This document shows, in pieces, positions 49,801 through 64,000 of a DNA stretch of 64,000 bases. Both the position numbers and the translations under genes were made by a program. Origin of the DNA: Mobula hypostoma (taxonomy: Eukaryota); assembly GCF_963921235.1 (NCBI RefSeq), contig NC_086108.1, forward strand, positions 1,302,001 through 1,366,000, read 5' to 3'. The notes beneath the pieces are model-generated. The model did not search any database and was not told where the DNA came from. It saw only the letters and a program-made list of their open reading frames with translations. Position 1 is the stretch's first letter. Every line of letters starts with the position of its first letter.

Positions 49801-52800
49801 GCTGAACTGACTCCGCACTGTGATCTACAACCATCGCACAGCGCTGAACTGACTCCGCACTGTGATCTACAACCATCGCACAGCGCTGAACTGACTCTGT
49901 GGCTGTGATCTACAACCATCGCACAGCGCTGAACTGACTCCGCACTGTGATCTACAACCATCGCACAGCGCTGAACTGACTCCGCACTGTGATCTACAAC
50001 CATCGCACAGCGCTGAACTGACTCCGCACTGTGATCTACAACCATCGCACAGCGCTGAACTGACTCCGCACTGTGATCTACAACCATCGCACAGCGCTGA
50101 ACTGACTCCACACTGTGATCTACAACCATCGCACAGCGCTGAACTGACTCCACACTGTGATCTACAACCATCGCACAGCGCTGAACTGACTCCACACTGT
50201 GATCTACAACCATCGCACAGCGCTGAACTGACTCCGCACTGTGATCTACAACCATCGCACAGCGCTGAACTGACTCCGCACGGTGATCTACAACCATCGC
50301 ACAGCGCTGAACTGACTCCGCACTGTGATCTAAGAGCATCGCACAACGCTGAACTGACTCCACACTGTGATCTGCGACCATCGCACAGCGCTGAACTGAC
50401 TCCACACTGTGATCTGCGACCATCGCACAGCGCTGAACTGACTCTGCACTGTGATCTACAACCATCGCACAGCGCTGAACTGACTCCAAACTGTGATCTA
50501 CAACCATCGCACAGCGCTGAACTGACTCCGCACTGTGATCTACAGCCATCGCACAGCGCAGAACTGACTCCGTACTGTGATCTACGACCATCGCACAGCG
50601 CTGAACTGACTCCACACTGTGATCTACAACCATCGCACAGCACTGAACTGACTGTGTACTGTGATCTACAACCATCGCACAGCGCTGAACTGACTCCACA
50701 CTGTGATCTACAACCATCGCACAGCACTGAACTGACTGTGCACTGTGATCTACAACCATCACACAGCGCTGAACTGACTCCATACTGTGATCTACAACCA
50801 TCGCACAGCGCTGAACTGACTCCGCACTGTGATCTACAACCATCGCACAGCGCTGAACTGACTGCACACTGTGATCTGCGACCTTCACACATCGCTGAAG
50901 TCACTCTGCACTGTGATCTGCGACCATTGCACAGCGCTGAACTGACTCCGCACTGTGATCTACAACCATCGCACAGCGCTGAACTGACTCCACACTGTGA
51001 TCTACGAACATCGCACAGCACTGAACTGACTCCACACTGTGATCTACGACCATCGCACAGCGCTGAACTGACTCCACACTGTGATCTACAACCATCGCAC
51101 AGCGCTGAACTGACTCCACACTGTGATCTACGAACATCGCACAGCGCTGAACTGACTCCACACTGTGATCTACGACCATCGCACAGCACTGAACTGACTC
51201 TGTGGCTGTGATCTACAACCATCGCACAGCGCTGAACTGACTCCACACTGTGATCTACGACCATCGCACAGCTCTGAACTGACTCCACACTGTGATCTAC
51301 GACCATCGCACAGCACTGAACTGACTCTGTGGCTGTGATCTACAACCATCGCACAGCGCTGAACTGACTCCACACTGTGATCTACGACCATCGCACAGCG
51401 CTGAACTGACTCCACACTGTGATCTACGACCATCGCACAGCACTGAACTGACTCTGTGGCTGTGATCTACAACCATTGCACAGCGCTGAACTGACTCCGC
51501 ACTGTGATCTACAACCATCGCACAGCGCTGAACTGACTCCGCACTGTGATCTACAACCATCGCACAGCGCTGAACTGACTCCACACTGTGATCTACAACC
51601 ATCGCACAGCGCTGAACTGACTCCACACTGTGATCTACAACCATCGCACAGCGCTGAACTGACTACACACTGTGATCTACGAACATCGCACTGAGCTGAA
51701 CTGACTCCACACTGTGATCTACGACCATCGCACAGCACTGAACTGACTCTGTGGCTGTGATCTACAACCATCGCACAGCGCTGAACTGACTCCACACTGT
51801 GATCTACGACCATCGCACAGCTCTGAACTGACTCCACACTGTGATCTACGACCATCGCACAGCACTGAACTGACTCTGTGGCTGTGATCTACAACCATCG
51901 CACAGCGCTGAACTGACTCCGCACTGTGATCTACAACCATCGCACAGCTCTGAACTGACTCCACACTGTGATCTGCGACCATCGCACAGCGCTGAAATGA
52001 CTCTGTGGCTGTGATCTACAACCATCGCACAGTGCTGAACTGACTCCGTACTGTGATCTACTACCATCGCACAGCGCTGAACTGACTCCGCACTGTGATC
52101 TACGACCATCGCACAGCGCTGAACTGACTCCACACTGTGATCTACGACCATCGCACAGCACTGAACTGACTCTGTGGCTGTGATCTACAACCATCGCACA
52201 GCGCTGAACTGACTCCACACTGTGATCTACGACCATCGCACAGCTCTGAACTGACTCCACACTGTGATCTACGACCATCGCACAGCACTGAACTGACTCT
52301 GTGGCTGTGATCTACAACCATCGCACAGCGCTGAACTGACTCCACACTGTGATCTACGACCATCGCACAGCACTGAACTGACTCTGTGGCTGTGATCTAC
52401 AGCCATTGCACAGCGCTGAACTGACTCCGCACTGTGATCTACTACCATCGCACAGCTCTGAACTGACTCCGCACTGTGATCTACAACCATCGCACAGCGC
52501 TGAACTGACTCCGCACTGTGATCTACAACCATCGCACAGCGCTGAACTGACTCCGCACTGTGATCTACAACCATCGCACAGTGCTGAACTGACTCCGCAC
52601 TGTGATCTACAACCATCGCACAGCGCTGAACTGACTCCACACTGTGATCTGCGACCATCGCACAGAACTGTACTGACTCTGTGGCTGTGATCTAAAACCA
52701 TCGCACAGCGCTGAACTGGCTCCACACTGTGATCTACGACCATCGCACAGCGCTGAACTGACTCCACACTGTGATCTACGACCATCGCACAGCACTGAAC

Positions 52801-55800
52801 TGACTCTGTGGCTGTGATCTACAACCATCGCACAGCGCTGAACTGACTCCACACTGTGATCTACGACCATCGCACAGCGCTGAACTGACTCCACACTGTG
52901 ATCTACGACCATCGCACAGCACTGAACTGACTCTGTGGCTGTGATCTGCAACCATCGCACAGCAATGAACTGACTCTGTGGCTGTGATCTAAAACCATCG
53001 CACAGCGCTGAACTGACTCCGCACGGTGATCTACAACCATCGCACAGCTCTGAACTGACTCCGCACTGTGAACTACGACCATCGCTCAGCGCTGAACTGA
53101 CTCCACACTGTGATCTGCGAACATCGCACAGCACTGAACTGACTCCACACTGCGATCTACAACCATCGCACAGCGCTGAACTGACTCTGCGACTGTGATC
53201 TACAACCATCGCACAGCACTGAACTGACTACACACTGTGATCTGTGACCATCGCACAGCGCTGAACTGACTCCACACTGTGATCTACAACTATCGCACAG
53301 CGCTGAACTGACTCCACACTGTGATCTACGACCATCGCACAGCGCTGAACTGACTCCACACTGTGATCTACAACCATCGCACAGCTCTGAACTGACTCCG
53401 CACTGTGATCTGTGACCATCGCACAGCGCTGAACTGACTCCGCACTGTGATCTACAACCATCGCACAGCGCTGAACTGACTCCGCACTGTGATCTACAAC
53501 CATCGCACAGCGCTGAACTGACTCCGCACTGTGATCTACAACCATCGCACAGCGCTGAACTGACTCTGTGGCTGTGATCTACAACCATCGCACAGCGCTG
53601 AACTGACTCCGCACTGTGATCTACAACCATCGCACAGCGCTGAACTGACTCCACACTGTGATCTACAACCATCGCACAGCGCTGAACTGACTCCACACTG
53701 TGATCTACAACCATCACACAGCGCTGAACTGACTCTGCGACTGTGATCTACAACCATCGCACAGCGCTGAACTGACTCCGCACTGTGATCTACAACCATC
53801 GCACAGCGCTGAACTGACTCCACACTGTGATCTACGACCATCGCACAGCGCTGAACTGACTCCACACTGTGATCTACAACCATCGCACAGCGCTGAACTG
53901 ACTCCACACTGTGATCTACAACCATCGCACAGCGCTGAACTGACTCCGCACTGTGATCTACAACCATCGCACAGCGCTGAACTGACTCCACACTGTGATC
54001 TACAACCATCGCACAGCGCTGAACTGACTCTGTGGCTGTGATCTACAACCATCGCACAGCGCTGAACTGACTCCACACTGTGATCTACAACCATCGCACA
54101 GCGCTGAACTGACTCTGCGGCTGTGATCTACAACCATCACACAGCGCTGAACTGACTCCACACTGTGATCTGTGACCATCGCACAGCGCTGAACTGACTC
54201 CGCACTGTGATCTACAACCATCGCACAGCGCTGAACTGACTCCGCACTGTGATCTACAACCATCACACAGCGCTGAACTGACTCCGCACTGTGATCTACA
54301 ACCATCGCACAGCGCTGAACTGACTCCGCACTGTGATCTACAACCATCGCACAGCGCTGAACTGACTCTGTGGCTGTGATCTACAACCATCGCACAGCGC
54401 TGAACTGACTCCACACTGTGATCTACAACCATCGCACAGCGCTGAACTGACTCCACACTGTGATCTACAACCATCGCACAGCACTGAACTGACTGTGCAC
54501 AGTGATCTACAACCATCACACAGCGCTGAACTGACTGTGCACTGTGATCTACAAGCATCGCACAGCGCTGAACTGACTTCACACTGTGATCTACAACCAT
54601 CGCACAGCGCTGAACTGACTCCACACTGTGATCTACGACCATCGCACAGCGCTGAACTGACTCCACACTGTGATCTACAACCATCGCACAGCGCTGAACT
54701 GACTCCGCACTGTGATCTACAACCATCGCACAGCGCTGAACTGACTCCGCACTGTGATCTACAACCATCGCACAGCGCTGAACTGACTCCGCACTGTGAT
54801 CTAAGACCATCGCACAGCGCTGAACTGACTCCACACTGTGATCTACAACCATCGCACAGCGCTGAACTGACTCCACACTGTGATCTACAACCATCGCACA
54901 GCACTGAACTGACTGTGCACTGTGATCTACAACCATCGCACAGCGCTGAACTGACTCCACACTGTGATCTACAACCATCGCACAGCGCTGAACTGACTGT
55001 GCACTGTGATCTACAACCATCGCACAGCGCTGAACTGACTCCGCACTGTGATCTACAACCATCGCACAGCGCTGAACTGACTCCACACTGTGATCTACAA
55101 CCATCGCACAGCACTGAACTGACTGTGCACTGTGATCTACAACCATCGCACAGCGCTGAACTGACTCCACACTGTGATCTACAACCATCGCACAGCGCTG
55201 AACTGACTCCGCACTGTGATCTACAACCATCGCACAGCGCTGAACTGACTCCACACTGTGATCTACAACCATCGCACAGCGCTGAACTGACTCCGCACTG
55301 TGATCTACAACCATCGCACAGCGCTGAACTGACTGCACACTGTGATCTGCGACCTTCACACATCGCTGAAGTCACTCTGCACTGTGATCTGCGACCATTG
55401 CACAGCGCTGAACTGAATCCGCACTGTGATCTACAACCATCACACAGCGCTGAACTGTCTCCACACTGTGATGTACGAACATCGCACTGAGCTGAACTGA
55501 CTCCACACTGTGATCTACGACCATCGCACAGCGCTGAACTGACTCCACACTGTGATCTACAACCATCGCACAGCGCTGAACTGACTCCACACTGTGATCT
55601 ACGACCATCGCACAGCGCTGAACTGACTCCACACTGTGATCTACGACCATCGCACAGCACTGAACTGACTCTGTGGCGGTGATCTACAACCATTGCACAG
55701 TGCTGAACTGACTCCACACTGTGATCTACGACCATAGCACAGCTCTGAACTGACTCCACACTGTGATCTACGACCATCGCACAGCACTGAACTGACTCTG

Positions 55801-58800
55801 TGGCTGTGATCTACAACCATCGCACAGCGCTGAACTGACTCCGCACTGTGATCTACGACCATCGCACAGCGCTGAACTGACTCCACACTGTGATCTACGA
55901 CCATCGCACAGCACTGAACTGACTCTGTGGCTGTGATGTACAGCCATTGCACAGCGCTGAACTGACTCCGCACTGTGATCTACAACCATCGCACAGCGCT
56001 GAACTGACTCCACACTGTGATCTACGAACATCGCACTGAGCTGAACTGACTCCACACTGTGATCTACGACCATCGCACAGCACTGAACTGACTCTGTGGC
56101 TGTGATCTACAACCATCGCACAGTGCTGAACTGACTCCACACTGTGATCTACGACCATCGCACAGCTCTGAACTGACTCCATACTGTGATCTACGACCAT
56201 CGCACAGCACTGAACTGACTCTGTGGCTGTGATCTACGACCATCGCACAGCGCTGAACTGACTCCACACTGTGATCTACGACCATCGCACAGCACTGAAC
56301 TGACTCTGTGGCTGTGATCTACAGCCATTGCACAGCGCTGAACTGACTCCGCACTGTGATCCACAACCATCGCAGAGCTCTGAACTGACTCCGCACTGTG
56401 ATCTACAACCATCGCAGAGCGCCGAACTGACTCCGCACTGTGATCTACAACCATCGCACAGCGCTGAATTGACTCCGCACTGTGATCTACAACCATCGCA
56501 CAGTGCTGAACTGACTCCGCACTGTGATCTACAAACATCGCACAGCGCTGAACTGACTCTGTGGCTGTGATCTACAACCATCGCACAGCGCTGAACTGAC
56601 TCCGCACTGTGATCTACAACCATCGCACAGCGCTGAACTGACTCCGCACTGTGATCTACAACCATCGCACAGCGCTGAACTGACTCCGCACTGTGATCTA
56701 CAACCATCGCACAGCGCTGAACTGACTCCGCACTGTGATCTACAACCATCGCACAGCACTGAACTGACTCCACACTGTGATCAACAACCATCGCACAGCG
56801 CTGAACTGACTCCGCACTGTGATCTACAACCATCGCACAGCACTGAACTGACTCCACACTGTGATCTACAACCATCGCACAGCGCTGAACTGACTCACAC
56901 TGTGATCTACAACCATCGCACAGCGCTGAACTGACTCCACACTGTGATCTACAACCATCGCACAGCGCTGAACTGACTCCACACTGTGATCTACGACCAT
57001 CGCACAGCTCTGAACTGACTGCACACTGTGATCTACGACCATCGCACAGCACTGAACTGACTCTGTGGCTGTGATCTACAACCATCGCACAGCGCTGAAC
57101 TGACTCCACACTGTGATCTACGACCATCGCACAGCGCTGAACTGACTCCACACTGTGATCTACGACCATCGCACAGCACTGAACTGACTCTGTGGCTGTG
57201 ATCTACAACCATCGCACAGCTCTGAACTGACTCTGTGGCTGTGATCTAAAACCATCGCACAGCGCTGAACTGACTCCGCACGGTGATCTACAACCATCGC
57301 ACAGCTCTGAACTGACTCCGCACTGTGAACTACGACCATCGCTCAGCGCTGAACTGACTCCACACTGTGATCTGCGAACATCGCACAGCACTGAACTGAC
57401 TCCACACTGCGATCTACAACCATCGCACAGCGCTGAACTGACTCTGCGACTGTGATCTACAACCATCGCACAGCACTGAACTGACTACACACTGTGATCT
57501 ACAACCATCGCACAGCGCTGAACTGACTCCACACTGTGATCTACAACCATCGCACAGCGCTGAACTGACTCCACACTGTGATCTACAACCATCGCACAGC
57601 GCTGAACTGACTCCACACTGTGATCTACAACCATCGCACAGCGCTGAACTGACTCCGCACTGTGATCTACAACCATCGCACAGCGCTGAACTGACTCCGC
57701 ACTGTGATCTACAACCATCGCACAGCGCTGAACTGACTCCGCACTGTGATCTACAACCATCGCACAGCGCTGAACTGACTCCGCACTGTGATCTACAACC
57801 ATCGCACAGTGCTGAACTGACTCTGTGGCTGTGATCTACAACCATCGCACAGCGCTGAACTGACTCCACACTGTGATCTACAACCATCGCACAGCGCTGA
57901 ACTGACTCCACACTGTGATCTACAACCATCGCACAGCGCTGAACTGACTCCACACTGTGATCTACAACAATCACACAGCGCTGAACTAACTCTGCGACTG
58001 TGATCTACAACCATCGCACAGCGCTGAACTGACTCCACACTGTGATCTACAACCATCACACAATGCTGAACTGACTCCACACTGTGATCTACAACAATCG
58101 CACAGCGCTGAACTGACTCCACACTGTGATCTGCGACCATCACACATCGCTGAACTGACTCCACACTGTGATCGACAACCATCGCACAGCGCTGAACTGA
58201 CTCCGCACTGTGATCTACAACCATCGCACAGCGCTGAACTGACTCCACACTGTGATCTACAACCATCGCACAGTGCTGAACTGACTCTGTGGCTGTGATC
58301 TGCAACCATCGCACAGCGCTGAACTGACTCCACACTGTGATCTACAACCATCGCACAGTCCTGAACTGACACTGCGACTGTGATCTACAACCATCGCACA
58401 GTACTGAACTGACTACACACTGTGATCTACAACCATCGCACAGCGCTGAACTGACTCCGCACTGTGATCTACAACCATCGCACAGCGCTGAACTGACTCC
58501 GCACTGTGATCTACAACCATCGCACAGCGCTGAACTGACTCCGCACTGTGATCTACAACCATCGCACAGCGCTGAACTGACTCCGCACTGTGATCTACAA
58601 CCATCGCACAGTGCTGAACTGACTCTGTGGCTGTGATCTGCAACCATCGCACAGCGCTGAACTGACTCCACACTGTGATCTACAACCATCGCACAGCGCT
58701 GAACTGACTCCACACTGTGATCTACAACCATCGCACAGCACTGAACTGACTGTGCACAGTGATCTACAACCATCGCACAGCGCTGAACTGACTCCGCACT

Positions 58801-61800
58801 GTGATCTACAACCATCGCACAGCGCTGAACTGACTCCACACTGTGATCTACAACCATCGCACAGCGCTGAACTGACTCCACACTGTGATCTACGACCATC
58901 GCACAGCGCTGAACTGACTCCACACTGTGATCTACAACCATCGCACAGCGCTGAACTGACTCCGCACTGTGATCTACAACCATCGCACAGCTCTGAACTG
59001 ACTCCGCACTGTGATCTACAACCATCGCACAGCGCTGAACTGACTCCGCACTGTGATCTACAACCATCGCACAGCGCTGAACTGACTCCACACTGTGATC
59101 TACAACCATCGCACAGCGCTGAACTGACTCCACACTGTGATCTGCGACCATCGCACAGCGCTGAACTGACTCTGCGGCTGTGATCTACAACCATCGCACA
59201 GCGCTGAACTGACTCACACTGTGATCTACAACCATCGCACAGCGCTGAACTGACTCTGCACTGTGATCTACAACCATCGCACAGCGCTGAACTGACTCCG
59301 CACTGTGATCTACAACCATCGCACAGCGCTGAACTGACTCCACACTGTGATCTACAACCATCGCACAGCACTGAACTGACTGTGCACTGTGATCTACAAC
59401 CATCGCACAGCGCTGAACTGACTCCACACTGTGATCTACAACCATCGCACAGCACTGAACTGACTCCGCACTGTGATCTACAACCATCGCACAGCGCTGA
59501 ACTGAATCCACACTGTGATCTACAACCATCGCACAGCGCTGAACTGACTCCGCACTGTGATCTACAACCATCGCACAGCGCTGAACTGACTCCACACTGT
59601 GATCTACAACCATCGCACAGCGCTGAAGTCACTCTGCACTGTGATCTGCGACCATTGCACAGCGCTGAACTGACTCCGCACTGTGATCTACAACCATCAC
59701 ACAGCGCTGAACTGACTCCGCACTGTGATCTACAACCATCGCACAGCGCTGAACTGACTCCACACTGTGATCTGCGACCATCGCACAGCGCTGAACTGAC
59801 TCCACACTGTGATCTACGACCATCACACAGCGCTGAACTGACTCCACACTGTGATCTACGAACATCGCACTGAGCTGAACTGACTCCACACTGTGATCTG
59901 CGAACATCGCACAGCACTGAACTGACTCTGTGGCGGTGATCTACAACCATTGCACAGTGCTGAACTGACTCCACACTGTGATCTACGACCATAGCACAGC
60001 TCTGAACTGACTCCACACTGTGATCTACGACCATCGCACAGCACTGAACTGACTCTGTGGCTGTGATCTACAACCATCGCACAGCGCTGAACTGACTCCA
60101 CACTGTGATCTACGACCATCGCACAGCGCTGAACTGACTCCACACTGTGATCTACGACCATCGCACAGCACTGAACTGACTCTGTGGCTGTGATGTACAG
60201 CCATTGCACAGCGCTGAACTGACTCCGCACTGTGATCTACAACCATCGCACAGCGCTGAACTGACTCCACACTGTGATCTACGAACATCGCACAGCGCTG
60301 AACTGACTCCACACTGTGATCTACGACCATCGCACAGCACTGAACTGACTCTGTGGCTGTGATCTACAACCATCGCACAGCGCTGAACTGACTCCACACT
60401 GTGATCTACGACCATCGCACAGCTCTGAACTGACTCCACACTGTGATCTACGACCATCGCACAGCACTGAACTGACTCTGTGGCTGTGATCTACGACCAT
60501 CGCACAGCGCTGAACTGACTCCACACTGTGATCTACGACCATCGCACAGCACTGAACTGACTCTGTGGCTGTGATCTACAGCCATTGCACAGCGCTGAAC
60601 TGACTCCGCACTGTGATCCACAACCATCGCAGAGCTCTGAACTGACTCCGCACTGTGATCTACAACCATCGCACAGCGCCGAACTGACTCCGCACTGTGA
60701 TCTACAACCATCGCACAGCGATGAATTGACTCCGCACTGTGATCTACAACCATCGCACAGTGCTGAACTGACTCCGCACTGTGATGTACAAACATCGCAC
60801 AGCGCTGAACTGACTCTGTGGCTGTGATCTACAACCATCGCACAGCGCTGAACTGACTCCGCACTGTGATCTACAACCATCGCACAGCGCTGAACTGACT
60901 CCGCACTGTGATCTACAACCATCGCACAGCGCTGAACTGACTCCGCACTGTGATCTGCGACCATCGCACAGCGCTGAACTGACTCTGCACTGTGATCTAC
61001 AACCATCGCACAGCGCTGAACTGACTCCACACTGTGATCTACAACCATCACACAGCGCTGAACTGACTCCGCACTGTGATCTACAACCATCGCACAGCAC
61101 TGAACTGACTCCGCACTGTGATCTACAACCATCGCACAGCGCTGAACTGACTCACACTGTGATCTACAACCATCGCACAGCGCTGAACTGACTCCACACT
61201 GTGATCTACAACCATCGCACAGCGCTGAACTGACTCCACACTGTGATCTACGAACATCGCACAGCGCTGAACTGACTCCACACTGTGATCTACGACCATC
61301 GCACAGCACTGAACTGACTCTGTGGCTGTGATCTACAACCATCGCACAGCGCTGAACTGACTCCACACTGTGATCTACGACCATCGCACAGCTCTGAACT
61401 GACTCCACACTGTGATCTACGACCATCGCACAGCACTGAACTGACTCTGTGGCTGTGATCTACAACCATCGCACAGCGCTGAACTGACTCCACACTGTGA
61501 TCTACGACCATCGCACAGCGCTGAACTGACTCCACACTGTGATCTACGACCATCGCACAGCACTGAACTGACTCTGTGGCTGTGATCTACAACCATCGCA
61601 CAGCGCTGAACTGACTCCGCACTGTGATCTACAACCATCGCACAGCGCTGAACTGACTCCGCACTGTGATCTACGACCATCACACTGAGCTGAACTGACT
61701 CCACACTGTGATCTACGACCATCGCACAGCACTGAACTGACTCTGTGGCTGTGATCTACAACCATCGCACAGCGCTGAACTGACTCCGCACTGTGATCTA

Positions 61801-64000
61801 CAACCATCGCACAGCGCTGAACTGACTCCACACTGTGATCTACAACCATCGCACAGCTCTGAACTGACTCCGCACTGTGATCTACAACCATCGCACAGCA
61901 CTGAACTGACTCCGCACTGTGATCTACAACCATCGCACAGCGCTGAACTGACTCCGCACTGTGATCTACAACCATCGCACAGCTCTGAACTGACTCCGCA
62001 CTGTGATCTACAACCATCGCACAGCTCTGAACTGACTCCGCACTGTGATCTACAACCATCGCACAGCTCTGAACTGACTCCACACTGTGATCTGCAACCA
62101 TCGCACAGCACTGAACTGACTCTGTGGCTGTGATCTACAACCATCGCACAGCGCTGAACTGACTCCGCACGGTGATCTACAACCATCGCACAGCGCTGAA
62201 CTGACTCCGCACTGTGATCTAAAACCATCGCACAGCGCTGAACTGACTCCGCACGGTGATCTACAACCATCGCACAGCGCTGAACTGACTCCGCACTGTG
62301 ATCTAAGAGCATCGCACAACGCTGAACTGACTCCACACTGTGATCTGCGACCATCGCACAGCGCTGAACTGACTCCACACTGTGATCTGCGACCATTGCA
62401 CAGCGCTGAACTGACTCTGCGGCTGTGATCTTCAACCATCGCACAGCGCTGAACTGACTCACACTGTGATCTACAACCATCGCACAGCGCTGAACTGACT
62501 CTGCGGCTGTGATCTACAACCATCGCACAGCGCTGAACTGACTCCGCACTGTGATCTACAACCATCGCACAGCGCTGAACTGACTCCACACTGTGATCTA
62601 CAACCATCGCACAGCACTGAACTGACTGTGCACTGTGATCTACAACCATCGCACAGCGCTGAACTGACTCCACACTGTGATCTACAACCATCGCACAGCG
62701 CTGAACTGACTCCGCACTGTGATCTACAACCATCGCACAGCGCTGAACTGACTCCACACTGTGATCTACAACCATCGCACAGCGCTGAACTGACTCCGCA
62801 CTGTGATCTACAACCATCGCACAGCGCTGAACTGACTCCGCACTGTGATCTACAACCATCGCACAGCGCTGAACTGACTCCACACTGTGATCTGCGACCA
62901 TCACACAGCGCTGAACTGACTCCGCACTGTGATCTACAACCATCGCACAGCGCTGAACTGACTCGCACTGTGATCTACAACCATCACACAGCGCTGAACT
63001 GACTCCACACTGTGATCTACGAACATCGCACTGAGCTGAACTGACTCCACACTGTGATCTGCGAACATCGCACAGCGCTGAACTGACTCCACACTGTGAT
63101 CTACAACCATCGCACAGCGCTGAACTGACTCCACACTGTGATCTACGAACATCGCACAGCGCTGAACTGACTCCACACTGTGATCTACGACCATCGCACA
63201 GCACTGAACTGACTCTGTGGCTGTGATCTACAACCATCGCACAGCGCTGAACTGACTCCACACTGTGATCTACGACCATCGCACAGCTCTGAACTGACTC
63301 CACACTGTGATCTACGACCATCGCACAGCACTGAACTGACTCTGTGGCTGTGATCTACAACCATCGCACAGCGCTGAACTGACTCCGCACTGTGATCTAC
63401 GACCATCGCACAGCGCTGAACTGACTCCACACTGTGATCTACGACCATCGCACAGCGCTGAACTGACTCTGTGGCTGTGATCTACAGCCATTGCACAGCG
63501 CTGAACTGACTCCGCACTGTGATCTACAACCATCGCACAGCGCTGAACTGACTCCACACTGTGATCTACGACCATCGCACAGCGCTGAACTGACTCCACA
63601 CTGTGATCTACGACCATCGCACAGCACTGAACTGACTCTGTGGCTGTGATCTACAACCATCGCACAGCGCTGAACTGACTCCACACTGTGATCTACGACC
63701 ATCGCACAGCTCTGAACTGACTCCACACTGTGATCTACGACCATCGCACAGCACTGAACTGACTCTGTGGCTGTGATCTACGACCATCGCACAGCGCTGA
63801 ACTGACTCCACACTGTGATCTACAACCATCGCACAGCACTGAACTGACTCTGTGGCTGTGATCTACAACCATCGCACAGCGCTGAACTGACTCCGCACTG
63901 TGATCTACAACCATCGCACAGCTCTGAACTGACTCCGCACTGTGATCTACAACCATCGCACAGCGCCGAACTGACTCCGCACTGTGATCTACAACCATCG
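28846..64000. repeat. 42-bp satellite array (~830 units), consensus CACTGTGATCTACAACCATCGCACAGCGCTGAACTGACTCCR, with 43-bp (..CTCTGTGGCTGTG..) and 41-bp (..GACTCACACTGTG..) variants; continues beyond the right edge
   Basis: Highly homogeneous direct repeat. The ORF track shows 14-aa periodic peptides (HSAELTPHCDLQPS / MVVDHSAESVQRCA / CDGCRSQCGVSSAL). Confidence 0.99.

Noticed and set aside
28813..63998. Long ORFs (CDGCRSQCGVSSAL, metallothionein- or keratin-associated-like; HSAELTPHCDLQPS)
   Set aside because: Same artefact for the 42-bp unit. The 41- and 43-bp variants switch frames often, and variation follows CpG mutability rather than synonymous sites.
1..64000. CRISPR array (repeats of CRISPR-like size with palindromes)
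   Set aside because: Units are head-to-tail with no unique spacers, there are no cas genes, and the context is vertebrate retroelements.

Overview
Eukaryotic, repeat-dominated window with no supportable protein-coding gene. The repeat families (HE1/V-type SINEs, CR1/HER1 LINE ends, Rex1/Babar-like RT fragments, Tc1-derived non-autonomous elements, Penelope-type hammerhead repeats) point to a cartilaginous fish, probably a ray. That is inference from recalled consensus sequences; no database search was run. There are three blocks. (1) 1-~21,080: a 33-bp minisatellite (consensus CAGTGTGACACTCCCTCAGTACTGTCCCTCTGA, ~640 units, open at the left edge) with kb-scale duplications, ending in what looks like the remnant of its parent SINE. 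(2) ~21,080-28,850: a 7.8-kb island of nested, decayed mobile elements with three smaller tandem repeats (57 bp; 27-31 bp in a 145-bp higher-order unit; 34 bp). (3) ~28,850-64,000: a 42-bp satellite (consensus CACTGTGATCTACAACCATCGCACAGCGCTGAACTGACTCCR, ~830 units, open at the right edge) with 41/43-bp variants and ~4.3-4.5-kb higher-order periodicity. The long ORFs in the track are by-products of unit lengths divisible by 3. Highlights: an intact minimal hammerhead ribozyme in a TSD-flanked insert, arrays that appear to have grown out of transposon copies, a CpG-deamination variant series around a CAG-NN-CTG palindrome shared by three arrays, and cryptic RSS-like spacing in the 42-mer. I found no convincing new protein-coding system.
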